From Eledone cirrhosa (lineage: Eukaryota): a stretch of 64,000 bases of DNA. The stretch lies in contig OZ024740.1 of the NCBI GenBank assembly GCA_964016885.1, positions 270,134,001 to 270,198,000 of the forward strand, written 5' to 3'. Each line of letters opens with the position of its first letter. The first letter of the stretch is position 1. The notes under the pieces were generated by a model that worked only from the letters and a program-made list of their open reading frames with translations, made no database searches and had not been told where the DNA came from. Positions 39,308-52,773 of this stretch are shown in pieces. A program made the translations under genes and the position numbers.

Positions 39308-42228
39308 TCATTCCACTATAAATAATAGAAGGTATTTTTGCGTACGTCAGAAATGGGTGATCTCAACTTAAATGATTGTTCTAATGGAGTGAGATTCAGT
39401 GGCTGCATTTGCTGTTGTAGTAAATCCTGCTATCACGATTATGAAAATCAGATTGTATATCAATTTTAGCCATACTAATTGAGAAGGTATAGCAATGATT
39501 TAAAAGTTGTAAAATAGAATACACATGATCTATCTATAAAGAATTACCCCAAACATGTCCATTCATGGAAAATATTGGAAACAACAAATCGAGGCGCCCC
39601 CTGTGAGGAATGTCTTTACTGAATATGAGAAAAGGATCTTTTATCATAAAGTTAAGCAGTATCATCAGTAGATTAGTTGTGATATTTTACCACGCGCATA
39701 TAAAGATCTTCCTTGAATCGAGAACCCTTCTTGCTTGCTTACACTTATGTGTGTGGTGAGATATTCAAGGAATAGTCTATTGTAAATTTCAAACAATAAT
39801 CAAATCACCTTAGCTGACATATACTGCCAACAATTTTGTTATTTGACAAACACTTGGGACAAAAATAATATTTTTGGGTGAAGGAAGAATGGTAATTCAT
39901 GACATCTATTTTTTTTTTACAACTATTAGTGTTAGATAAAACTTTATAGGCTGATTATGAAGGAGTTATGGTACAGCTTCAAAATCTTGTATGCATTAAT
40001 TCCAGCTCTTCTTCTTGATAACTGCATTGTTTCTTTCTAGAGATTATGTTGAAAAAATAAACCTCGTTTGGTCAATCCATGAGAGACTCTTGGCCATCCT
40101 GCGAAAATTTCAGCCTATGAACTTTTTAGTCGGCCCTCTTAAGAATCGAACGAAGTAGCCTCAGCAGGGAGTATTCTACTTTAAATGTTCTATCAGAAGA
40201 AATAATACAAATTCTGATATGTTTGTCTGTTAATCAGTGTTTACGCTACACTTAAAAGACTGAGAGGAATGTGTTGCTTGAAAAATAACCTACAACCAAA
40301 GTTTTACATTAATTCATTAACAAAATTTACTATTTAGGAGATGGCTAGGGTAGACTGAAAATGTCATAGGCTTACTATGAAAGAGTGATGCTGGAGCAGT
40401 GAAATCATTCATGCATTAATTTCAAATTTTCTTATTAATAACTCCATTGTTTCTTTCCAGGGACTATGTTGAAAAATTTGGTGATTTCATGAGAGTATGT
40501 TGGTCAGCCGAACCTTGTATGATGGTTCAACGCTTGACTAATATATATATATGCCTATATATATGTGTGTATGTGTTTGTGTATATTTGTGCGTGTGCAT
40601 GTGTGTGTGTGCGCGTATGTGTGCGTGCGTCATTTCATGTAATACATTTCCATACCTATCTTTGTAAAGATTCGGTTTAATAGGAATTTCATAATTAAAT
40701 TAAACATAGAAAGATGTAGGTCAAAATATAATCCACGATAGTTAGATTCCTTCAAAGTCGTATGATATAGCCATCTGGTTGAGGAATACAGACCGTAATT
40801 TGCATAACGTAAGAACTATTTAATACCTATCATCACGCAAGCCCGATCAGAAAATTGCTTGAAACTTATGAGGGCATTGGAGATGCTATGAGATATATCA
40901 TATATTGAAACAACATTCAATCTTGGGACAGTATGAAAGATAATGGAACAAAAACCAATTATTTAGTATTCCCGATGCATTCGCTGGCGCGATGAATCAA
41001 ATTATATACTTTCTTACGACTAATTAGTTTGTCAATTAATGTGAGTGTTTGGCTATGGATATAACACAATGCTGGTTTCAGAACACAAACTATCAACATT
41101 TTGAATATTAAACGAAACATGTGGACACTAGAGACTCCATATAGTTTATTACATAAAATGTATATTCTCTAATAAAATTATTTAACATTTTCGAATAAAT
41201 AAGGACCTTATATTTAGTTTTTTGTATATTGGAATTTCACGTAAACCTGCAACAGTGTCAGGTAGCTGTAGCTATTGCTATTAGGCTCCAGTCATGCTTT
41301 ATCGAGCTGACCTATGGTTAAAAGCTTTCCCACCGTGATTGTCACCATGTTTCAGCATTATGTCTGTGGTTACGTTAACATATTAAAGATGTAGTAGAAG
41401 GCATAGATTTACTGAAACTCTAAAGATGATGAACACAACAACAAGGATATGGTCCGAACATGGAAGAGCCGAACTCCCACTTCATCGCCTCCATCTCTGT
41501 CGCCCTTCCCATCTCTCTGTATGGTGAGCAAATGGAGTCCCACGTGCGGACCTCCCCACAGTCCCAGCGGACAGAATGGAGAAGGTGTTTCCTCGGAGGA
41601 CGGTAAGGGAGATGCGCTGGAAGAGTCATTCCAACTCGCTAGGCTCACACCTGCGGCTGGCCAGCTCAGCCCCTATGGTGGTGAGTAGGGAAGTAGCCCA
41701 TGAGTCTCTACTGCCAAGGGCACGACCGCAAACCTGTCGGAGAGCCTTGTCTAATGATTCATTTATTTATTTAACACAGACGTATACAATTAGGGAGATG
41801 TTCATGGTATTTGTATCGGGTCGAAAATCATATAAAACCTCCCTCGTTGGCGATATCTATAAATTAATATTTTAGTAAATATACTTCCATATATTATCTA
41901 CACACATTCTCCCTAACATTACATTGCTATCCCGATTTTGTATGAGATAATATTTACAATAACCAAGCTAAACTGGGATTATGGAAGAACATTATTGTGT
42001 ACGATTCAATTTAAATTGTTCTTAGAAGTAGATGAGAGAAGTATTGAAATATTGGTTTGTAATATTTATGAATAAATAGAAGCAAACATGATTCAGTTGC
42101 GGTGTTTACATAGTGTACAAACTCTATCTGTGTTGTTTAAACATAGGAAAAGGCGCAATGGATTTGAAGTGAGGCTGAGTGGTTTGACAATATTTAAGTA
42201 TAGATGTGTGCACAATTGTATTTAATTA

Positions 42229-42582
42229 TAATTGTTTCTACTTTTGGCACAAGGTCAGCAAATATGCCAGTGTATTACTGGTACTTTATTTTATCGACCC
42301 CGTAAGGATGAAAGGTAAACTTAACCTCGGCGGGATTTGAACTCAGTCTGTAAAGGGACGTAACTGTGCTGCAAAGCATGGCGTCTGACCCTCTACCGAT
42401 ACTGCCAATTCACCGCCAATCTTGTATTTAATTATAATTGTTTCTACTTTAGGCACAAGGGCAGCAATTACCCAGTGCATTACTGGTACTTTATTTTATC
42501 GACCCCGTAAGGATGAAAGGCAAAGTCAACCTCGGCGGGATTTGAACTCAGATCGTAAAGGGACGTAACTATGCTGGAAAGC
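42229..42582 (-). mobile_element. Two tandem SINE copies
   Basis: Spacer/TSD TGTATTTAATTATAAT repeated. Confidence 0.88.
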
Positions 42583-44189
42583 AATTTAATTATAATGAAA
42601 CCTTACCGTATGTCTGAACTTATAATTTTTGATGGTGTTTTAGAGGTGCCGCCCTTTCATGATACAGCTTATCATGGCCATTTTAAAACTGGTCTGAACA
42701 ATGCCGGTTTCTTCCAAAAAAGGAGAGAGAAGGAGAAGAAGTGAGAGAGAGATATAAAGGAGTACTGGAGTGGTACCTCTCATATCAACCTTGCAGCTGG
42801 TGATACGATAATGCATAGACATATAACAGCGATAATATATTACAAATATCATAACGGTGGGGATGATGAAACACTAGCAAATAGGAAGATTTGATTTTTT
42901 TTCTTTTTCAAGTGTGCCGCTTTCCCGAATTCTAATCACATCGGAATTCGCCTTCCCTTTCATCATTCTATTATCGATAAAATAATTTTCAGAAATATTC
43001 AGATATTGATACCATCGACTGTACCTCTTTCATACAAACGAGTGGCCTTTCGCCAATGACTGGTTAAATATGAATATAATGTGCATAAACTGTTATAAAA
43101 ACGCTAGCATAAAGTTAAGTATCATGTATCCATTATAATCTTCTGTTTGAAATGCTCAAAACCAAATGTGTTCGTATCATGATGTTATATTCTATAAGAT
43201 AATTTCAATCATGTTATATGAAAAGTGAAAATTAATCTTACAATAAATGCAAACAAGCATTTTTAACTATATTCGCAAATAAAACTAATTTTCATTAATT
43301 TTGAAATATTTACTAATGTAATTATGAACATCACAAAATGCTTATTTCAGCGCATGAAATACCAGATGAAAAAACAATTAATAAAATTTCCTTTTTATAG
43401 TCAGAGTAATTTCAATTTTTAAAATATGATTAAATTAAACAATTATATTTAATTGTAAATGTCTGCTAGATTAATACTTAATTAAGAAATATATATATGT
43501 TATTTCTGTTACAAATAGCTAAATTTACCAACGCACTAAGTATGTCCTTTTATCTATTTGTAAATAACGATATATATTTCCACTGTTTAATGTGATCTAA
43601 TCAAATCTCTCTCTCAGTCTTTCGTGCTGGGCTATATCAATCCAGATGAGATTATCTTAATGTTTTCCTTTATTTTATTATTTCATTTATATGGGTATTA
43701 ATTCAGTCTATTCACATGATTGATTATAGAACGGACTGTGGTGTTTGTCGAACCTACTTTATTTTTGTAGCATTGAGTCGTTAGTGATATTGTTGTAATC
43801 TCAATAATATGCCCTATTCTGGTTCGATTTCCATAATGTGTTACAAATATTTTCTCCATTAACAAACTAAATATAAATACATGATTGTGTGTAATAATAG
43901 CAAATAAGATGAATGAATAGTTAAGACATTGAACAACAAGTAGAGAACGATGGTTTGATGCCTGTCATTAATGCCCTATTTTGTTCAGAAAAGTCACATC
44001 ACACATTTGAAGTTTTATTTTTCTATGCAAACGATATCTTCAATATGTATGAAAGGTATGAAATGGTGCTGTCCAGCTATATATATATATATATATGTGT
44101 GTGTGTATATATGTATGTATATATGTATGTATGTATATATGTATGTATATATGTATGTATGTATGTATGTATGTAATAATAATAGTAAC

Positions 44190-44226
<37 letters not shown>

Positions 44227-44249
44227 GTAGTACACTATTAATAATTATT

Positions 44250-44535
44250 AATGCACTCGTGCAATGCCTGTGCGTGACGAATATTTTTAAAGTGAGGAAA
44301 GACTGTGCACTGAGCCAATCCCACTCTCTGAGCGACAGTAGCTATAACCTGAAAAGAAGAAAAGATCAACATCATCGGTAACTACTGAGCCGCAGGTTTT
44401 ATGTCGGAGTCAACCAGTTTCCTGAGATGCCTTCTCCTAGAAGAATGCCCTGACAAGGGCTAGGGGTTCTTCACTCCCAGTGGTTTAACTGCGCGATCGG
44501 GCATCCAGCCCGATTACTTCTATGTCCCCGCGCAA
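44250..44535 (-). mobile_element. Partial non-autonomous RTE-derived element, family B
   Basis: Reverse complement of about 50510-50800. Confidence 0.8.
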
Positions 44536-45499
44536 AAAAAAATAAAAAATAAAAAATAAAAATCACTTATTGACACTTATACGTACGACATACACATACG
44601 CGCATACATATACGCGCACAAAGCAACACTCATACATACAAACAAACACACACGCGCTACTCTACTCACTTACACACACACACACATATATATATATATA
44701 TTATATTACCGTCATTACTGATACAAGATTACAAGATTATGTCAACTGTTGACTTTCAAGAGTTTGTATAGTTGAAGCCGATCGTATTACAGTCCAGTAT
44801 TACTATAATTGCTTTACAGCATAGAGCTATAGCTCTCCACGCTCTGAGCTTAAATCCCGCCGAGGTCAACCTTGCCTTTCATCCCCACGGAGTCAACAAA
44901 AGAGAGTACCAGTGATGCGCTGGGCCAGTCGCTGGATCCGTGCCAAAAGCAGAAAAATTATTATTAAAGTTGTTTTCTTAAGGCCCGGTCGCTGGTGATG
45001 GTGGTGGCGGCGGCGGTAGTGGTGGTGGTGGCAGTTGATGTTGTTGTTGTGTTGTGTGCGTGTGTGTGTGTTTTGTTATTTTGAGTTTTTTTTATTTTAT
45101 TTTTATTTTTTTAATCTTTTGATGCCGCTGTTGTTGTTGTTGTTGTAAATGTTCATTTCAGTTCATTCTGAAGCTGTTGTTGCTGTAAACATTAGTGCCG
45201 GTGTTGTCATTATAGACATATATACATACATATATATATATATATATACACATTCAACAGAGAGTAGAGAGTTTGACAACAGGTCGATAACTTTAGTCTA
45301 GATAGGGTAATGACATGTGATGGTGGGGAGAGAGTGTAGACGTTATTGTGGTGGCGGGGGACAGTGCGATGTATCTAGATCATTTGACCGTTTTCTTCTC
45401 TTTGCAAAATTTGAATTTTAGCCATGTTATATTGAGATGTAAGTAAATGTAAAATGTAAAATATAAATAAGGATTGCTCTGCTAAAATATACTAAAATA

Positions 45500-47090
45500 T
45501 TTAACATCAGGCGCTTTGCTGCGAAGACAAAAGTATTTACATCAATCATGAGAGACCTCTTGTATGCAGATGATTGCGATCTTGTAGCACACACAGAGAG
45601 TGATATGCAGCACATTTTGAATGCATTTTCTGACGCTTGCACTGCCCTAGGTTTGACTGTCAGTCTCAAGAAAATCGTCGTCATGTACCAACCTGCCCTG
45701 GTAAGCAGTACACTGAACCAAACATCTATGTGTATGGCAAACGACTTGGAGTGGTTGATCAGTTTGTCTACCTTGGAAGCACTGTCAATCGATACAGCAA
45801 CCTTGACAGTGAAATCACACTTAGGATTAGGAAAGCAAGTGATGTTTTCGGAAAGCTAGAAAGGCGACTTTGGCGTCGGCGAGACTTATGCAGGAGGACA
45901 AAGGTAAAGGTGTACAGGGCATGTGTGCTCTCTTGTCTTATTTATGCCTGCGAGACCTGGGTCACATATCGACACCACCTTAAGCAATTGGAGCGTTTCC
46001 ATCAGATGTGTCTCAGACGGATCCATGGCGTTCACTGGAGGGACCACATCAGTGGTGTCGAGATTTTGGAAAGCTCTATGTGTGACAGTATAGAAGCTCT
46101 TGTGCTTAAGCAACGACTCCGTTGGAGTGGTCACCTTGCCAGGATGAAGGATTCTAGAATACAAAAACAACTCTTTTATGGAGAGTTGGTTAAAGGAAAA
46201 CGACCGCCACATAAACCAAAAAAGAGGTATAAGGATTTCTTGAAAGCCTCTCTGAAAGACGCTAACATCTCTGCTGATACATGGGAGAATATTGCTGCTG
46301 ATCGTAATAAATGGAGAAAGACTGTATATGAGGGAAAAGTTGCCTTTGAGGCATCTCGAATCGCATACGAGAAAGTAAAGCGGGATGGGAGGAAGGGCAT
46401 TGCTGTTGCACTTCCAGACGGCGAGGGTCCTCCTATGGTGCTGACATGCAGCGTATGTGCGAGACTCTGCCTAAGCAAACCTGGACTCGAAAGTCATCTT
46501 TGCAGTCATAAAGTAAGACCAGTGGTTGACTACCAGGCTGCTGTTGGAGATGCTACTCATCATGCTTGCCAAACATGTGGTAGAGAATGTAAATCAGCAG
46601 GAGGGCTCAAGCGAGATGCAAAAGTACACGAACTCCAACCACAGCCGACTATTCCCAGTAAATGTTTTGGTTGCCGACACTGTGCAAGACATTTTAGATC
46701 ATTGGCTGGGCTAAAAAGCCACATTCGATCGCAGCGCTGTTAGTTGCTATCATGTGTGTGTGTGTGTGTGTGTAGATATGCTTGTGTGTGTGTGTGCGTG
46801 TGTGTGTGTATATATATATATGTATATGTATATCATTATTTTTGTTGTCGTTATTATTATTGTTGTTATTATTATTATTATTATTATTGTTATTAATGTA
46901 TGTGTGTGTGTATATGTGTGTGTGAGTATGTGTGTGTGTGTATATATATGTATGTATATGTATATATATATATATATATATTTCTTTTTTTTTTTTTATT
47001 TATTTATTATTATTATTATTATTTTTATTTTTCTGCTTTTCTTTCTCGTGCAATGGCCATACTCGATAACGAGGGGGCAGCCATCATGTA
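45500..47090 (+). pseudogene. 5'-truncated RTE/BovB-like LINE: RT C-terminal half plus three C2H2-like zinc fingers
   Basis: RDLLYADDC, GLTVSLKK, a frameshift, FVYLGS, KVYRACVLSCLIYACETW, QRLRWSGHLARM, then CSVC..H..H, CQTC..(D)..H and CRHC..H. The 3' tail GCAATGGCCATACTCGATAACGAGGGGGCAGCCATC is followed by (ATGT)n. Confidence 0.9.
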
Positions 47091-47098
47091 TGTATGTA

Positions 47099-47710
47099 TG
47101 TCGGGTCACTCTTGAGTGCTACTGGTAACATGTAACGCAGTACAGCATGTATACAACATGTACTGGTAACATGTAACCAAGTTTACTTGGTGAGGAGGGT
47201 GATTTTGGACACCCTGCAGGACAAAAAACAGAACCTGACAAAGGGCGGAAGAACTCATGGGGTCAACGACCATCCAAAAGTGTGTAAATATGTATATGGA
47301 CATGTACATATGTATTTATATGTGTGTGTGTGTATATGCATGGGTGCATGTGTATGTATATGCGCGGGGTATAGCAATAGTCCGGCTGGACAGCCGATCG
47401 CGCGGTTAAACCACTGGGAGTGAAGGGCCTGTGCCTTTGTCAGGGCATTCTTCTAGGAGAAGGCAACTCAGAAAACTTGGATAACTCCAACATAAAACCT
47501 GCGGCTCAGTAGTTACCGATGATGTTGATCTTTTCTTCTTTTCGGGTTATAGCTTCTGTCGCTCAGAGAGTGGGATTGGCTCAGTGCACAGTCTCTCCTC
47601 ACTTTACAAAATATCTTCACGCACCGGCATTGCACGATATAATTAATTAATAATTATTAATAATGGTATATCGTGCAATGGCCATACTCGATAACGAGGG
47701 GGCAGCCGTC
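47099..47710 (+). mobile_element. Non-autonomous RTE-derived element, family B
   Basis: Shares head and body with 50227-50862. Its last ~40 nt are almost identical to the RTE tail at 47046-47086. Confidence 0.8.
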
Positions 47711-47721
47711 ATGTATGTATG

Positions 47722-47780
<59 letters not shown>

Positions 47781-47801
47781 ATATACATATACATTTACAT
47801 A

Positions 47802-48679
47802 CGCGGTGTCAGAGAAGTTACAGGACTGATGTCAAAAAAGATTTATTTCAAACCCAAACTTCACACTAACAGTTTTCTCCTTCAAAGTAATCCCACTGGG
47901 GTATGTAACTGTAATCTTAGCTCTATGCAGCGATCAAACTTTTTTCTTCATAATTTTATATACATGTCCTCTGTTTCAGGTCGTCAAACAATGAGCACAG
48001 AGCAACGAACAAGCTTGAAAACTCCGTCAGAAGCACTGGGATTGCTGCAGCAAGTGTATGGAAATGAGACGATGTCACGCTCACGTGCTTTTTAGTGGTA
48101 CAAGAGTTTTAAAGAAGGACGCTAGGATGTGGAAGATGACCCCCAGGAGTGGAAGGCCCTCAACAACCAGGACTGAGGTCAACGTTGAGCGCGTCAGGCA
48201 GATGGTGCGTAGCGATCGTCGGCTGACTCTTCCACTGATGGCAAATTAGCTGGGCATGAATCGGGACAGCGTCTGGAAGATTCTCACTGAAGATTTGGAC
48301 ATGCAGGAAGTCTGCGCGAAGATGGTGCCAAAACTGCTGAACGATGACCAGAAGAGTCGACGCATGGAAGTGTGCCATGACATCCTCGAGCGTCTTGCTA
48401 GGGACAGTCATCACCGGTGATGAGTCATGGATCTTCGAGTACGACTCGGAGGGGACCCGTTTTGAAGACGTGGACGACATCAAAAAGGCCGTGACGACGG
48501 AACTGCGGAGGATCCCGGAAGAATCCTTCCAGGAGTGCATCCAAGCGTGGCAGAAAAAGATAGAAAAGTGCATTAGACTCCAGGGGGATTGCTTTGAAGG
48601 AGAAAACTCTTGGTGTGAAGTTTGGGTTTGAAATAAATCTTTTGTGACATCAGTCCTAGAACCTTTCTGACACATCTCG
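47802..48679 (+). mobile_element. Internally deleted mariner transposon
   Basis: TA-flanked ~110-bp imperfect TIRs. Transposase remnants WYKSFKEGR*DVEDDPRSGRPSTT, KMVPKLL and VITGDESWIFEYD jump straight to GTRFEDVDDIKKAV, so the middle of the catalytic domain is deleted. Confidence 0.9.
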
Positions 48680-48686
48680 TATATGT

Positions 48687-48739
<53 letters not shown>

Positions 48740-48862
48740 GCATATATATATGCATACATTTACATATACATTTATATATATATAAATACGTAATCGGAGA
48801 AAGCTAAAAGCGATACTCTGGCCAAATTCCAACTTACTCAACAAACATTACGAAATACCTGA

Positions 48863-48953
<91 letters not shown>

Positions 48954-49194
48954 TATATATACACATATATGTGCATATATATATATATATATGTGTGTGT
49001 GTGTATGTATGCATATATACATGTGTATATATATGTATGTATATATGTATCTATACTATGTCAGGTCACTCTTGTGTGCTACTGGTACAACCTGTCACAC
49101 ATACACATGTATGTATGTATGTATATATATATATACAAATACATTTACATGTATGTATATATGTATACATTTACATATATGTGTATATATATAT

Positions 49195-49798
49195 GGTGGC
49201 TGTCAACTCGTTTTCGAGTACTGCCGCTACTTTATATCCATGTAGGAGAACCCCTACCGATGCGCTGAACGAGTGTGACTTTTTAGTCCAGCCAACGACT
49301 TGAAAACTCTGGTACAAACACTACACTTGTGAGCATTATTGACACATAGTGGGCCCATGGTACCATGTGATGACAAGTGCAGAGAGATCTCCAGATATAA
49401 AGCAATGCCTGTGCCGTGAAGCTTTTATAGTGAGCAAAGGCCCTGCACAAAGCCAGTCCCACTCTCTTAACCAAGATGATATTTACCAAAAAGAAGAACA
49501 AGTCAACATCATTGGATACCAGGGTTGTAGGTGTTATATCAGAGTTTTCCTTCTGCTAGAAGTCTGCCTTGACAAAGGCTAAGGGGTCATCTCTCCCGGT
49601 GATTTTGGATGGCCATTGACTCTTAAGAGCTCATTTGCCCTTTGACAGGTTTTGTTTTTAGTCCTGCAGGATGTCCAAAGCGACCCTCCTCACCAAGAAA
49701 CCTTGGTGGGGTTGCCAGTTTAGTCGCCAACGACCCGACCATGAGATAGGTTGTATTGGGATACATGTTACCAGTAGCACCAACTGGTGAGCTGACAT
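49195..49798 (-). mobile_element. Non-autonomous RTE-derived element, family A
   Basis: Inverted copy of 10040-10646 with matching ends. Confidence 0.8.
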
Positions 49799-49829
49799 AT
49801 ATATACATATATTTATATATATACATATA

Positions 49830-49918
<89 letters not shown>

Positions 49919-50226
49919 ACAGGGAGAAAGAGACGATTATGAGAAACAAAAATTTCTTTTTTTTCCTTTTTTTTTTGTGTCTCTCTTTTCTGGGTTAGAA
50001 AATGATTAAACCGAAATGTTTTACTTTGTGTGAAGTGTTAAGGTATTAGTTGATTTATTTATTATTTAACAATGCCATTTATTTATCTATTTATATATTT
50101 AATTATTGTCTATTACCGGTTTCTGCATATATGTATGTATATATGTATGTATGTATATATGTATATATACATATGTATATATGTATGTATATATGTATGT
50201 ATATATGTATGTATATATGTATATAT

Positions 50227-50862
50227 ACCATGTCAGGTCACTCTTGAGTGCTACTGGTACAACCTGTCACACTGTCGGTTCGGCGGTGACTAAACCGGCA
50301 GCCCCACCATGTTTACTTGGTGAAGAGGGTGATTTTGGACACCCTGCAGGACAAACCCTAACGAAGGGCGGAAGAACTCATAAGAGTCAACGGCCATCCA
50401 AAAATGTGTAAATATGTATATACACATGTATATATGTATGTATGCACATATGTAGATACATGTGTATATATATGCATATATGTATATATATATATGTATA
50501 TATATATATCCGCGGGGACATAGAAATAATCGGGCTGGATACCCGATCGCGCGGTTAAACCACTGGGAGTGAAGGACCCCTAGCATTTGTCAGGGCATTC
50601 TTCTAGGAGAAGGCAACTCAGGAAACTGGGATAACTCCGACATAAAGCCTGCAGCTCAGTAGTTACCGATGGTGTTGATCTTTTCTTCTTTTCGGGTTAT
50701 AGCTACTGACGCTCAGAGAGTGGGATTGGCTCAATGCACGGTCTTTCCTCACTTTAAAAAAATCTTCACGCACAGGTATTGCACGATAGCATTAATTGAT
50801 AATGATTAATAATGTTATATCGTGCAATGGCCATACTCGATAACGAGGGCGCAGCCATCATC
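50227..50862 (+). mobile_element. Non-autonomous RTE-derived element, family B
   Basis: Head ACCATGTCAGGTCAC, an internal microsatellite, and tail GCAATGGCCATACTCGATAACGAGGGCGCAGCCATCATC. Confidence 0.8.
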
Positions 50863-50986
50863 AGATATACCAGTATTATAACCCGTCGGACTACACCTTT
50901 GACTTGGATAACTGCATGTCAACTTTAAAGCATCCAGTTTGGCGCACCTTACCAAAATGATAGTGGATTATTTCACTCTCTCTCTG

Positions 50987-51053
<67 letters not shown>

Positions 51054-51961
51054 TGGGTGAGAGGTTGGAGAGAGGGGGACAGAAAGAGACATAGACAGAT
51101 AGGCAAACGGATAGATAGAGCGAGAAATAATCACATACAAATGAGGTAAGCACTTTTTTTAAATTAAAATTGCTTAAAACACACCTGAGTGCAGTATATA
51201 TTGTCTTTGACATCTTTACTCAACACAATAACTGTTTTATTTTTTTTTCCTCATTTCCAATTCATATTTATTATTTATGATTGTGGCTTACAAACTTTCT
51301 GAGGAAGTGTTTTTCAAATAATTTACTGTTTGCGTATTTACAGTGTAATGAAAGACTGCTATCTGTCCTGGATAATTACTTTCCGAGATTCTATTTATAC
51401 TTTCGTATTACATTTAATTCTCTAATTTCTTTCTTTCCATTATCTTAAGAAATCATTATCATTTACGCTGCTCAATATTTTTTAGAACGCTTTCTTGATA
51501 TCGTTTTGCTTTTGTTTAGCACTACTTAAACAAAGTAAAGATTTTTGAAAAGCCACATAAAAAAAAATTACATGCAGAGAAATAAGAACTCATATTTCAA
51601 TTTAGAAATGCTATATCTTATACAAACCATATTAAACGAAATGACAACGAAATGAAAATAGAAAAACAAGTCAATACGACAGCCGTTAGGATGGAAACGA
51701 GTGAGTGGGCAGAAATAAACAGTCGAATTTCGGTAAATTATATTCACGACTCATGAAGAAAAAATAATAACATGTTGACCACCAATATAATCCTAGATAT
51801 ACAAAACCATGGTAGGACAAGTTTTGATCGCACTTTGCACAATCATCTCATTCCTTGGGCCAATCTACAAAACTATCTATTAATCTATATGTTAATTTTG
51901 GATAGGAAAAAAAGACATTATATATATATATAATTATGTAATAAACAACACAATATAATTA

Positions 51962-52023
51962 TTCATTACACACGGTTTCAGACGATTCTAACAGAGACGT
52001 CTGAAGTCGTTCATCAGATAGAA
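51962..52023 (-). ncRNA. Degenerate hammerhead-like motif
   Basis: TTCTAT-CTGATGA-ACGA..TCGT-ct-GAAA-CCGTGTG-TA-ATGAA. The core is intact but the stems are weak. Confidence 0.45.
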
Positions 52024-52253
52024 ATCTTTAATTTGGACATAAGATATGAAATTAAAATCTATTATAAATAAAAAAATTAAAGTGAGGCTGAAATAAAATA
52101 ACGGGAAAAAATTCATGTACACACAGAAACAGAACGTAAAATTAGGGATAAAGATATATATATATATATATATATATGTAGAAATATATAAACACACAAA
52201 CATAGGCACACTTATATGAATATGTAAGTCTACACATACATAGATACAAACAT

Positions 52254-52305
<52 letters not shown>

Positions 52306-52320
52306 CTATATATATGTATG

Positions 52321-52355
<35 letters not shown>

Positions 52356-52590
52356 GTATATATATGTATATATATGTATGTATATATATATACGTCGGCC
52401 GTAGAAATTATTAGGTTTTCCCAATTTAAGTGTCTGATTTATTTGGCCTGGGGGGGCATTCAATGTTTTTATAGATTTTGCCGTCTGAAGAGCTCACGCT
52501 ATCATAACAGATATTCCTCAGCTATATATGTATAATGGTGTTTTAAATAAACCTGAATCAACTGAATATGGCCTCCGATCTTTTATTATG

Positions 52591-52625
<35 letters not shown>

Positions 52626-52773
52626 TATTTATTCAGGTTTGTTGGTTCACCACTGGATAGAACTGGTCATTCCGTATGGTCAACCTCGATGTAATATTAT
52701 GGAGACCACTCGACATAATGCAATTCACCTGTCTTCGTTTGTTTTGTTGCTGGTGCGGGAGTCGAAGTTAATT

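Noticed and set aside
41447-41560. HDV-like ribozyme around TCCCACGT
   Set aside because: No P3 pairing and no GG after the putative P1' strand.
52480-52539. Hammerhead GCCGT-CTGAAGA-GCT..AGC-TATA..ATGGT
   Set aside because: GAAA is replaced by TATA, so it is at best a dead relic and was not called.
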